From an uncultured Phycisphaerales bacterium (GTDB lineage: Bacteria > Planctomycetota > Phycisphaerae > Phycisphaerales > SM1A02): DNA of 64,000 nucleotides. The notes under the pieces are model-generated. The model worked only from the letters and a program-made list of their open reading frames with translations. It made no database searches and was not told the origin of the DNA. Numbering within the stretch: the stretch's first letter is position 1; every line of letters begins with the position of its first letter. Below, piece by piece: positions 8,888 through 17,634 of this stretch. The stretch is from assembly GCA_938084645.1 (NCBI GenBank), contig CALKEP010000022.1, forward strand, positions 64,001-128,000, written 5' to 3'. A program made the translations under genes and the position numbers.

Positions 8888-10597
8888 TCAGCGTTCCGGC
8901 GCTTCCGCGACCAGACGCCGAAGCTCCGGATACCAACGCTGCATCGCGATCGGAACGATCGAGCCGTGGGTCGCCCCGGGAACGAGCTCGATGTAGCCGG
9001 GACCCTCGGTCGACCCGAGTCGGGATCGTTCCTGCGCCACCGTCTCCGCGAGCCGCTCGACCGCGAGATCGAGATAGAACGAATCCCGATCGCCGCACAG
9101 CAGCCGCACCTTGTCCCGGAAGATCGGCGCGAACCGCTCCGGGTCCGCGCGAAGCAGGGCGGCGATGTCGTAGCGACTCCAATCACGCTCGATCACGGCG
9201 CGATCGATCGAGCCGGACTCGAGATCGAAGGCGGCGGCGGGAAGTCCGGAATCGGAATCGCGTCCCGAGAACATCGCGTTCCACGCGGCCCACTGTTCTC
9301 CGCTGGTGAAGTCGGGGGCGAGGGCGCGTTCCATCGCCATCTCCTCGGGAACGGTCATCATCACGTGGTCGCGATCGGCGGTGAGCGGTGCCCGGTAGCA
9401 CGCCCGGGGATTCGACTTCTCGTCCACGAAGAGATTCCCGTCGCTGCCGAGGTCGACCGTGCCGAACGCCGTGAAGTCGACCGGATCGGGAGCGCTCGAG
9501 AAGCAGCCGCCGAAGACCCCGGGGTGCTGCAGCTGCAGCCAGAGACTCGACCAGCCGCCGCTCGAGTGGCCGGTGACGAAGCGCCCCTTCTCGTTCGGGA
9601 CGAGGCGGAATCGCTTCTCGAGCCAGGGGATGAACTCCTCCACCAGCGCCGTCGAACGGGGGCCGAAGTTGTCGCCGTCCGCGAATCCGTGGTGCCCGAG
9701 CCGGTCTTCGGGATCGAGCACGACCCAGACCGCCTGCGGCAGGTAGGCCTGCATCGATGGATCTCGAAGCATGGCGGCGTACCGGGTCGCGGACCGGTGG
9801 TCGCCACCGAAGCCCGGGATCACGTAGATGACGGGCCAGAATCGTCGCTTGGCATCGAGATCGAAGTAGGCGGGTGGAAACGCCACGCCGGCGCGATGGC
9901 GAATGGGGCGTCCCAACGTGCGGGTGAGAGAGGGACTGTCGAGTTCGACCCACTTCAGGTTCGAAGCCACGGGAAGTTCGACGGCCGGAAGCGTCCGGTC
10001 CACGACGAGATCGAAGGTGCGATCACCATCCGCGGTGAACTCGACGGTGGTGATCGAGGAGACGGGATTACCCGCCGTGGCATGACCGCGGGAGAGGCCG
10101 AGGTCGAGCACCGCACGAACGAGGAACCCGCCCCGGAGATGATCGAGTCGATCGGGAACCATCACCGTGCCGGCTTCGTCGGGGCCCAGAAGGAACGTGG
10201 CGGGTTCCGTCAGCATTGCCGAGGAGACGGGCCTGGAGAGAATGGGCTGCGGTCGTTCGAAGAAGGGAGCGTCGAGTGGATCCCGAGCGGCCAGGCGGCC
10301 CTTGTTCTCGCAGAGCAGGACCAGCAGCCGAGGTCTGGCATCTCGATTCTCGTCCAGAGTTCGACGCGCCTCCGCAGCGATGCCGGGTGAGATCCGAACC
10401 CGAAATCGATCGCTGGAGTCCGGTGCCGGCGTCGGCGTGACGGCTCGGGAAGGGGTGCTTCCGGGGGCTGGAATCGGGGGTGAGTCCTGGGCCCAGGCCC
10501 CTGAGGTGCCGAAAAGGCCCGAGAGCAGGAGGCCGAGGCACCGGCGGCCGGTCGACCCGAGGGCTGGTCTCGAGGGGTTGGAGCGTGAGGTTCGCAT
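8888..10597 (-). CDS. Secreted alpha/beta-hydrolase (esterase family)
   Basis: Signal peptide; GHSSGG nucleophile elbow; PVIYVIPGFGG; GATH near C-terminus. Confidence 0.85.
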   Translation of the reverse strand: MRTSRSNPSRPALGSTGRRCLGLLLSGLFGTSGAWAQDSPPIPAPGSTPSRAVTPTPAPDSSDRFRVRISPGIAAEARRTLDENRDARPRLLVLLCENKGRLAARDPLDAPFFERPQPILSRPVSSAMLTEPATFLLGPDEAGTVMVPDRLDHLRGGFLVRAVLDLGLSRGHATAGNPVSSITTVEFTADGDRTFDLVVDRTLPAVELPVASNLKWVELDSPSLTRTLGRPIRHRAGVAFPPAYFDLDAKRRFWPVIYVIPGFGGDHRSATRYAAMLRDPSMQAYLPQAVWVVLDPEDRLGHHGFADGDNFGPRSTALVEEFIPWLEKRFRLVPNEKGRFVTGHSSGGWSSLWLQLQHPGVFGGCFSSAPDPVDFTAFGTVDLGSDGNLFVDEKSNPRACYRAPLTADRDHVMMTVPEEMAMERALAPDFTSGEQWAAWNAMFSGRDSDSGLPAAAFDLESGSIDRAVIERDWSRYDIAALLRADPERFAPIFRDKVRLLCGDRDSFYLDLAVERLAETVAQERSRLGSTEGPGYIELVPGATHGSIVPIAMQRWYPELRRLVAEAPER

Positions 10598-10811
10598 GTC
10601 CGGATGCTACGGCCAAGGCCCTTCGGTGGGTCGTTTCGCGGAAATCCCCGGTCGAACCCCCTTGAAAGTGGTTTTCAGGGCGGCTCTTGCGAGTTCCGAC
10701 CCCCAATCGGTCGATATGTCCGGAGTGTTCCGGTGATCGCGCGACGCCGGACCCGTCGAAGCAACCTCTTCGAGGCCCTGTCGCCTCGGGCACCCTTCCG
10801 CAGGATCCCGC

Positions 10812-11675
10812 ATGCAGCCCCACTCGATCTCGTCGATTCGTCGTCTCTCGACCCTCCGAACGCCCCTCATCCTCGCGGGGCTCGTCGCCGGCATCGCGAC
10901 GATCCAGGGGTGTATCGCCACGCCGACGTCCAGCCTCGAGCGGATGAACAAAGCCGTCGTCTACGGGCAGATGGCGATTGATGATCCCCAGATCGTGGTC
11001 GCGACGGACGGCCCCGTCGACATCGACATCGAGTCCTTCGGTGGAACGGTGCTCGTGGAGGCGGTGCCCGGGCTCAAGAACACGATCATCGAGCCGGTTC
11101 GGCACGCCAATCACGGCCATCTTCGACGCGACGAAGCGGAAGCGTCGCTCGACGAGATGGACTACGTCGTCGAGCTCATTCCCGGCGAATTGAACCGGGA
11201 GACGGTCCGAGTGGTCGCGACCAGCGACGATCTCGAGGAACACTTCCAGGGCGTCGACTTCCGGATCCGCACCGCGGATCTCGGTTCGGTTCGGGTCCGC
11301 ACCGATCATGGGCGGGTCTGGGTCAAGAACAACAAGGGTGGCGTCGACGTCGAGACCACCCACGGCGACATCCGGGTCATCACGGATCATCCGATGAACG
11401 AGCCGATCATCCTCGTCACCAAGGAGGGGGACGTCGACTACCGGGCGCCGAAGGGCTCGACCGGCATCTATGATCTGCGATCGATCGGCGGTCTCGTCTA
11501 CAACCGCTTCACCGAGGCCCGGGTGGTGAGCACGTCGCCCGACAACGATCCAGCGACCTTCGTCGCGGACGTGGGGGGTGGCCTCAATCCGGTGCTCGTC
11601 CGGACGACCTACGGCGACATTCGCGTCGCGGTCACCGAGTTCCCGACGGGCGTCGGCCCGATCATCATGGAATGA
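10812..11675 (+). CDS. DUF4097/adhesin-like beta-repeat lipoprotein
   Basis: Lipobox-like IQGC; repeats of VxTxxGxI/V (VRTDHGRV, VETTHGDI, LVTKEGDV, VRTTYGDI). Confidence 0.7.
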   Translation: MQPHSISSIRRLSTLRTPLILAGLVAGIATIQGCIATPTSSLERMNKAVVYGQMAIDDPQIVVATDGPVDIDIESFGGTVLVEAVPGLKNTIIEPVRHANHGHLRRDEAEASLDEMDYVVELIPGELNRETVRVVATSDDLEEHFQGVDFRIRTADLGSVRVRTDHGRVWVKNNKGGVDVETTHGDIRVITDHPMNEPIILVTKEGDVDYRAPKGSTGIYDLRSIGGLVYNRFTEARVVSTSPDNDPATFVADVGGGLNPVLVRTTYGDIRVAVTEFPTGVGPIIME

Positions 11676-11714
11676 GACGGCGCTCGCCCCCGGCGACGCG
11701 ATTCGGAACACTTC

Positions 11715-12386
11715 TTGCGAGACGTGAAGGACCATTGGTTTCGTCAGGCCAAGCGTGAGGGCTATCGCTCCCGCGCCGCCTTCAAACTGACCGACATCGA
11801 TGATCGAAAGCAGATTCTCTCGACCGGGGATCGCGTGCTCGATTGCGGGGCGGCGCCGGGTTCCTGGTCGCAGGTCGCGGCTCGGCGGGTCGGACGCCGC
11901 GGTTCGGTGGTGGCGGTGGATCTCAAGGCGATCGATGCCGAGGGACTCCCCGAGAACGTCACCCTGCACGAAGCCGATCTTCGCGAGATGGAACTCGAGA
12001 CCCTCGGTGGTGGTGTCTTCGACGTGGTGCTCTCGGACATGGCCCCGGACACCACCGGCGATCCCTTCGGCGATCACCATCGTTCGATCCGACTCTGCAA
12101 CGACCTGCTCGATCGCGTTCCGGCGTGGCTGCGGCCGGGCGGACACCTCGTGATGAAGGTCTTCGAGGGAGAGGCCTATCGCGATCTCCTGGTTCGGGCG
12201 AACGGGATGTTCCAGAAGGCCAAGGGGTTCAAGCCGGTCGCCAGTCGGTCGGAATCGGTCGAGATGTTCGTGATCTGCAAGGACTTCCTGCCCCCCGACG
12301 AGCGCCAGGATGGCGATGCGGCCGAATCCGAGGAGATGATCCCGGTTCCGCCCCGCCCGAAGCCGACACCGGGCTGGAATGATTGA
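11715..12386 (+). CDS. rlmE: 23S rRNA Um2552 2'-O-methyltransferase
   Basis: GYRSRAAFKL, DCGAAPGSWSQ, VVLSDMAP, KPVASRSESVE. Confidence 0.95.
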   Translation: MRDVKDHWFRQAKREGYRSRAAFKLTDIDDRKQILSTGDRVLDCGAAPGSWSQVAARRVGRRGSVVAVDLKAIDAEGLPENVTLHEADLREMELETLGGGVFDVVLSDMAPDTTGDPFGDHHRSIRLCNDLLDRVPAWLRPGGHLVMKVFEGEAYRDLLVRANGMFQKAKGFKPVASRSESVEMFVICKDFLPPDERQDGDAAESEEMIPVPPRPKPTPGWND

Positions 12387-12555
12387 ACCCGGTCGCGCAG
12401 AATCCGCCTCTTCATGTGCTTGATCGGCGCAAACGGTGCCGGATCACCTGATCGCCGACGGTCGACGGTGGTCTGGTGATCATCTGATCGAGGTTCCACG
12501 CGTTGGCATGGTCATTGCATTCGTTTCTCCACGATTCCCCTCTGGAGACTCCCCC

Positions 12556-13770
12556 ATGCAGATCGGCCACGCCAATCCCGAACTCCTCGGCCCCGCAGGG
12601 CTCGCCCGTACGAACGCCGCCTCGAATGCAGGCTCGGTACGTGCCTCGGCACCGACTTCCTCCGACCCGCCGCCGATGGGAAGCAACCAGACGCTGGACA
12701 TGGACGCCTTCATGGCGGCCTGGGGTTCCGACGACCAGACCTGGGACGTCGACGGTTCCGGCATGGTCGACGGCACCGACCTTGGCACCCTGCTTTCGGT
12801 CCAGAGCGCCGCTGACGCCGGTGATGCCGATCTCCAGGCCCTGCTCGGCGCCTGGGGAACGTCCGATCCGGACTGGGACCTCAACGCCGACGGCATCGTC
12901 GATGGGCTCGATCTCGGGGTCTACCTCGAGGGTGGCGTCGGCGACTCGCCGCCCACGAACCAAGAACTCTCCGTCGAGGGATTCGTCGCCGCGTGGGGTT
13001 CCTCGGATCCGGCCTATGACCTCAATGCCGACGGCATCGTGGACGGCCAGGATCTCGGGCAGTACCTCGAGCAGCAGATGGACTCCACGGTCGATCCGAA
13101 CCAGCTGGAACAGTTCATGTCGGCCTGGGGTTCCGACGACGCGGCGTTCGACCTCAACGGTGACGGCACCGTCGACGGCGTCGATCTCGGTCTCTTCCTC
13201 GAACAGGCCCAGGGCACCCAGTTGCCTTCGAACGCGGTCCCCGACCTTCCCATGAAGACGGAGCACGTCGTCTCCCAGATCGTCGACGAGGTGATGTCCC
13301 GATTCGATGGTGCGGGAGACGGCCGCATCGCGTTGAACGAAATCGGTCTGCCGACGGAAATGGCCCGGCTCTTCGATCTCGACGGCAACGAGTTCCTCGA
13401 TCGATCCGAATTCAGTCGGATGGTCTCCATGGACGCCAAGGCGTTGTACGACGGCACCGACGCCTCGCTCGCGAGCCTGTCGCAGCGATGGAACGATATC
13501 CTCGACCCGGATCCGATCCAGCAGGCGAACCAGTCCCATGCCGCGAGCCGCATCCAGGCCGCACCGTCGATCACCGATGCACGAACCTTCGGGACCGCAT
13601 CCGCGACCGAACGGGTCGCGGACATTCTCACGAGCCTCGGGCACGAGTCGCTTCCTTCGAACCTCTCCGACGTGCTCCAGGGCCTGAAGCTGCCTGGTGT
13701 CTCCTCGGAGGCGATCATGGAGCGGTTGATGCAGGAGCACGGCTTCGCCGCCGTCGATGCCACCGCCTGA
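12556..13770 (+). CDS. Dockerin-like/EF-hand repeat protein
   Basis: Four AWG(S/T)xDxxxDhxxDGxVDGxDLG repeats plus two C-terminal EF-hand loops; GGAG RBS before ATG 12556. Confidence 0.8.
   Translation: MQIGHANPELLGPAGLARTNAASNAGSVRASAPTSSDPPPMGSNQTLDMDAFMAAWGSDDQTWDVDGSGMVDGTDLGTLLSVQSAADAGDADLQALLGAWGTSDPDWDLNADGIVDGLDLGVYLEGGVGDSPPTNQELSVEGFVAAWGSSDPAYDLNADGIVDGQDLGQYLEQQMDSTVDPNQLEQFMSAWGSDDAAFDLNGDGTVDGVDLGLFLEQAQGTQLPSNAVPDLPMKTEHVVSQIVDEVMSRFDGAGDGRIALNEIGLPTEMARLFDLDGNEFLDRSEFSRMVSMDAKALYDGTDASLASLSQRWNDILDPDPIQQANQSHAASRIQAAPSITDARTFGTASATERVADILTSLGHESLPSNLSDVLQGLKLPGVSSEAIMERLMQEHGFAAVDATA
12700..13203 (+). repeat. Four imperfect tandem coding repeats (dockerin-like calcium-binding motif)
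   Basis: Recurrent tggggttcc / gacctcaac..gacggc..gtcga..gatctcgg DNA blocks. Confidence 0.85.
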
Positions 13771-13796
13771 CCGCGACCTCCCCGACCGGAATCGAA

Positions 13797-13832
13797 ACGA
13801 CGGCCTCTCACCGCGGCGTGAGGGGCCGTCGT
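13797..13832. terminator. Hairpin between convergent genes (likely bidirectional terminator)
   Basis: acgacggcctctcac-cgcggc-gtgaggggccgtcgt, 15-bp stem with one G-U pair. Confidence 0.65.
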
Positions 13833-13863
13833 GCTTTCCGTCCGCCCCCGCGGGGTCGGTGCG

Positions 13864-15099
13864 TCAGACCATCGCACGCATGCGATTCACGACCTCGTCG
13901 ACGTTGGCGCGACTGTTGAAGGCGCTGATCCGGAAGTACCCTTCGCCACATCGCCCGAAGCCGGCGCCCGGCGTCGTCACGATCTGCGCCTCGTGGAGGA
14001 GACGATCGAACATGCCCCAGCTGTCGATGCCGTCGGGGCATCGGACCCAGACGTACGGGGCATCGGTGCCGCCGAAGACCCGGAGTCCCATGGATTCGCA
14101 GCCGCCGCGAAGCAGCGAAGCATTGGTCATGTAGTGATCGACGAGCATCGACGTCTGCTCGAGACCCTCGGGTGAGTAGAGCGCATGGGCGCCGCGCTGC
14201 ACCGGCCAGCTCACGCCGTTGCTTCGAGTGCACCATCGTCGATTCCAGAGTCCGTGCAGGGGCACGCGACGCCCGTCCCGGGTGCGGCCCTCGAGCGTCT
14301 TCGGCACCACGGTGTAACCGCAGCGGACCCCGGTGAAGCCGCCGTTCTTCGAGAAGCTCCGGGTCTCGATCGCGCATCGATCGGCCCCCTCGATCTCGAA
14401 GATGCTTCGGGGGAGCTCCGGGTTGCGGATGAAGTTCACGTACGCCGCGTCGTAGACGATGAGGGCGTCGTGTTCGCGGGCCCATTCCACCCATTCCCGG
14501 AGTCCTTCGCGATCGATGGTCGAACCCGTCGGGTTGTTCGGGAAGCAGAGGTAGACCAGGTCCACGGGCTCGGCGGGCGGTCTGGGGATGAATCCGTTCT
14601 CCTCCCGGGCCTCCATCGTGACCAGGCCGTCGTATCCGCCGCCGTCGAGCGCGTCCCGGGTGTTTCCCGCCATCACGTTGGTGTCGACGTAGACCGGATA
14701 CACGGGATCGCTCACCGCGACGCGGTTTCCGCCTCCGAGAATCTCGAGGAGGCTTCCGCAGTCGCCCTTGGAACCATCGCTCACGAAGATCTCGTCGTCG
14801 TCGATCTCGATGCCTCGGGCGCGATAGTCGTGGTCGGCGATCGCCTTCCGGAGAAAGTCGTATCCGGTCGGGGGCGGATAGCCTCGGAAGGTGTCCCGAT
14901 CCGCGAGTTCGTCGATCGCGGCGTGCATCGCGTCGATGACCGCGGGCACGATGGGCTCGGTCACGTCGCCGATGCCGCATCGGATGATCCGTTCGGCGGC
15001 GGCGGGCGTCGAGGCTTCGTATTCGGCGACCCGTCTCGCGATCTCGGGAAAGAGATAGCCGGCGGCCAGCTTCAGGTAGTGCTCGTTGACGAAGACCAT
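13864..15099 (-). CDS. dapL: LL-diaminopimelate aminotransferase
   Basis: YLFPEI, GIGDVTEP, SDGSKGD, DPVYPVY, CFPNNPTG, YDAAY, SFSKNGGFTGVRCG. Confidence 0.95.
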   Translation of the reverse strand: MVFVNEHYLKLAAGYLFPEIARRVAEYEASTPAAAERIIRCGIGDVTEPIVPAVIDAMHAAIDELADRDTFRGYPPPTGYDFLRKAIADHDYRARGIEIDDDEIFVSDGSKGDCGSLLEILGGGNRVAVSDPVYPVYVDTNVMAGNTRDALDGGGYDGLVTMEAREENGFIPRPPAEPVDLVYLCFPNNPTGSTIDREGLREWVEWAREHDALIVYDAAYVNFIRNPELPRSIFEIEGADRCAIETRSFSKNGGFTGVRCGYTVVPKTLEGRTRDGRRVPLHGLWNRRWCTRSNGVSWPVQRGAHALYSPEGLEQTSMLVDHYMTNASLLRGGCESMGLRVFGGTDAPYVWVRCPDGIDSWGMFDRLLHEAQIVTTPGAGFGRCGEGYFRISAFNSRANVDEVVNRMRAMV

Positions 15100-15168
15100 G
15101 TGCGCGTCGTCCTGGGGTTCGGGGCGGCGGGCGCTCGGCCTCGCCGGGTGTCGCGAGGAACGTGGGGG

Positions 15169-15795
15169 TCAGGGATTCTCGTGGCGAAGCCGGACCGCGA
15201 TGGCGGGCGGGAAGTTCGCCATGACCAGTCGTCTCGAGCCGCGGTGACGGCGATGCAGGGACTTCGCGTGCGCGTCGATCCTGCGGAGGTTGCGTCGCGA
15301 GGTGGGCGACGTGACCGGAGCCTTCATCATTCGGACCGCGGCGTACTCGAAGTACGTCAGATCGCCGTCCTCGGCGAGCAGGCTCAGCATCCGCTTGAAG
15401 ATCCCCCGTACCAGCGAGGGCGGAAAGTTGTTGAACGGCAGGCCGCAGATGATGTGGTCGAACGGGCCCTCGATCGGTGCATCCTCGATCGGTGATTCGT
15501 GCAGGGCGACCGGGATGTCGGGGTGTCGCTCGCGGAACGGGGTGAGATGCCGCTTCTCGATCACCTTGCAGAAGAAGGGATTGATCTCCACCACGTGGAA
15601 CTCGTCGCCGGGCCGGAGATGGTTGAGGATCTTCGCGGTGAAGGGTCCGGTGCCCGGACCGACTTCGAGTATTCGACGGGTCCGGTCCGAGTGTCGTAAC
15701 GGGGCCGTCATCTCCCGGGCGAGATGGCTTCCACTCGGCCAGACGGCGCCGGTGTGCTTGAAGTTGCTGAGGGTCTGGGAGAGGAAGTCGAGCAT
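15169..15795 (-). CDS. Class I SAM-dependent methyltransferase, PmtA/OlsG-like lipid N-methyltransferase
   Basis: TGAVWPS..LAREM, LEVGPGTGPFT, ICGLPFNNFP, YFEY, NFPPA. Confidence 0.8.
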   Translation of the reverse strand: MLDFLSQTLSNFKHTGAVWPSGSHLAREMTAPLRHSDRTRRILEVGPGTGPFTAKILNHLRPGDEFHVVEINPFFCKVIEKRHLTPFRERHPDIPVALHESPIEDAPIEGPFDHIICGLPFNNFPPSLVRGIFKRMLSLLAEDGDLTYFEYAAVRMMKAPVTSPTSRRNLRRIDAHAKSLHRRHRGSRRLVMANFPPAIAVRLRHENP

Positions 15796-15901
15796 GGTTC
15801 GGGAGCCGGAAAAGGTCACTCAGGATAGTGCCAGCCTGATCCGATCGGATCCGGCACTTGTGAAATCCGCACGGGATTCTTCGAAATCGCCCGCTCGAAT
15901 T

Positions 15902-16993
15902 TCAGGCGATGGTCGGTACGAACGATTCGTCCGGGCCGAGATCCCGGCAGAATCTCGTGAAGATCGACGCGATCGCGTCGAGATCGGCGAGGCTCGTCAT
16001 CTCCACGGTGGTGTGCATGTACCGGATCGGCAGACTCACCAGGCCGGATGGAATGCCGCCGTTGCGGAGGAAGATGGCGTCCGTGTCGGTGCCGGAGCGG
16101 CCGGGCACCGCGGTTCGCTGGATCGTGATCTCCTCGCGTTCGGCCGCCGCGAGCAGCTTCGCCACCACGATGGGTTGGGCGGGACCGCCGATGGCCACCT
16201 TGGGGCCGCCGGCGAGCTTGAAGTCACCGTGCCGGTTTCGATCGATGCCCGGCGTGTCCGTCGCATGTCCCACGTCGGTCACCAGGGCGACATCGGGCTT
16301 GAGCCCCTCGGCGATCATCGCGGCGCCGACCAGCCCGACCTCCTCCTGAACGGTGCTCACCGCGACCACGTTGCAGTTCAGCGAAGCGCGATCGGGGGCG
16401 AGTCGCCGCAGCGTCTCCGCCGCGGCCCAGGTACCGATGCGGTTGTCGAGGCCTCTGGCGACGATGGTGTCCTCGCCGATCAGTTCGAAGCCGTCAGCGA
16501 AGACGCCGGGGTCGCCGACGTTGAGCTTCTCCGCCGCCTCCTCCTTCGTCCGGCAGCCGATGTCCACGAAGAGCTCGTGAAGCTTTCGTGCCTTGCCGTC
16601 GCGACTGCGATCCTGAAGGTGGATGGCGGTCGCGCCGATCACCCCGAGCACCGGCTCGTGCACGCCGGGGACGCTGGAGGCGAAGCGAAGTCGCTTTCCG
16701 ACGATCGAACCCGCGTCGATGCCACCGATCTGTCGGCAGTACACGAATCCCTTGTCGTCGATGTTGTTGACCATCAGGCCGATTTCGTCGGCATGACCAC
16801 AGACCGCGACGGTGGGGGCGTCCGCGTGGTCGCAGTCGAGTCGGGCGAAGCAGTTTCCGTACGCGTCGTTCCAGGTGCGGGTCGCGGACGTCCGCACCTC
16901 GTCGAGCCAGATTCGCTGGCCGGCCATCTCGTGGCCGGAGGGCGACGGAGTGTCGAGAAGACGTCGGAGGAAGTCGAGTGATTCGGTTCTCAT
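15902..16993 (-). CDS. M42 family metallopeptidase
   Basis: PSPSGHE, GHADEIG, IGGID, LDNRIG, TVQEEVG, DVGHA, GTDT, RYMHTTVE. Confidence 0.92.
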   Translation of the reverse strand: MRTESLDFLRRLLDTPSPSGHEMAGQRIWLDEVRTSATRTWNDAYGNCFARLDCDHADAPTVAVCGHADEIGLMVNNIDDKGFVYCRQIGGIDAGSIVGKRLRFASSVPGVHEPVLGVIGATAIHLQDRSRDGKARKLHELFVDIGCRTKEEAAEKLNVGDPGVFADGFELIGEDTIVARGLDNRIGTWAAAETLRRLAPDRASLNCNVVAVSTVQEEVGLVGAAMIAEGLKPDVALVTDVGHATDTPGIDRNRHGDFKLAGGPKVAIGGPAQPIVVAKLLAAAEREEITIQRTAVPGRSGTDTDAIFLRNGGIPSGLVSLPIRYMHTTVEMTSLADLDAIASIFTRFCRDLGPDESFVPTIA

Positions 16994-17046
16994 CGAATCA
17001 CTTTACCGCACCGTCCACGGTGGTGAAGCGGGCCGGGCGGTGGTGT

Positions 17047-17361
17047 TCAGGGGTTATTGGATCGCTTCGGTCGGGCCTTGAGTCGAGGCCCGTTGAAGTC
17101 GAACATCGTTTCCGCGTCTCGGACCGTCGTCGAGCCCGTCGAGAAATCCTCGGGCTTCGGCTTCGAGTCGGCGATCGGCGTGTCGAGCGGATCGATCGGC
17201 ATGCGCCCTCCACCGGCGGCGGGGGCGGCCGGAGCGGGTGCGACCGCTTCCGTCCGTCCGGGACCATCGACGCGACGGGCTCGAGCATCGTCGATCGACC
17301 GTTCCATTCGCTGGAGGATGGTGCGAAGCCTGTTGTTCTGTTCGGTGTTCTGGGGTTTCAT
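17047..17361 (-). CDS. Small hypothetical protein (104 aa)
   Basis: GGAGAGG RBS upstream of ATG; MKPQNTEQNNRLRTILQRMERSIDDARARR...RLKARPKRSNNP; fills the gap between M42 and S41 genes. Confidence 0.7.
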   Translation of the reverse strand: MKPQNTEQNNRLRTILQRMERSIDDARARRVDGPGRTEAVAPAPAAPAAGGGRMPIDPLDTPIADSKPKPEDFSTGSTTVRDAETMFDFNGPRLKARPKRSNNP

Positions 17362-17634
17362 GACGGATGTCCTCTCCGGTTCGATTTCTGGACACAGGGA
17401 AAATCGGACGGCTTCCGCCGGATCTGCGAGGGGACCTGCTTCTTTTCGGGCTTCCTCCGTCGGGACAGGGGGAGCAGGCGGGATGATCGGCACAGACGGA
17501 CCCCCTCGAGGGATACGGGGGCATGCCGGGCCCTGTTCCGCTCGGCTAGACTCGACCACGTTGCTGAAAGGGCGATCCCGGCAGGGGCGTCCGGTTTCCT
17601 CGCGATCCAATCCGCCTTCTGGAGCGTTGCAGAC

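Noticed and set aside
12700..13203. Regularly spaced repeats as a CRISPR array
   Set aside because: Repeats are degenerate, in-frame protein repeats; no cas genes in the window
16978..17634. Long N-terminal extensions given by the ORF track (S41, purK, PhoD-like, DNA methylase, DUF2231, TPR)
   Set aside because: They overlap other genes or intergenic DNA; downstream starts with RBS, signal peptides or family N-termini fit better
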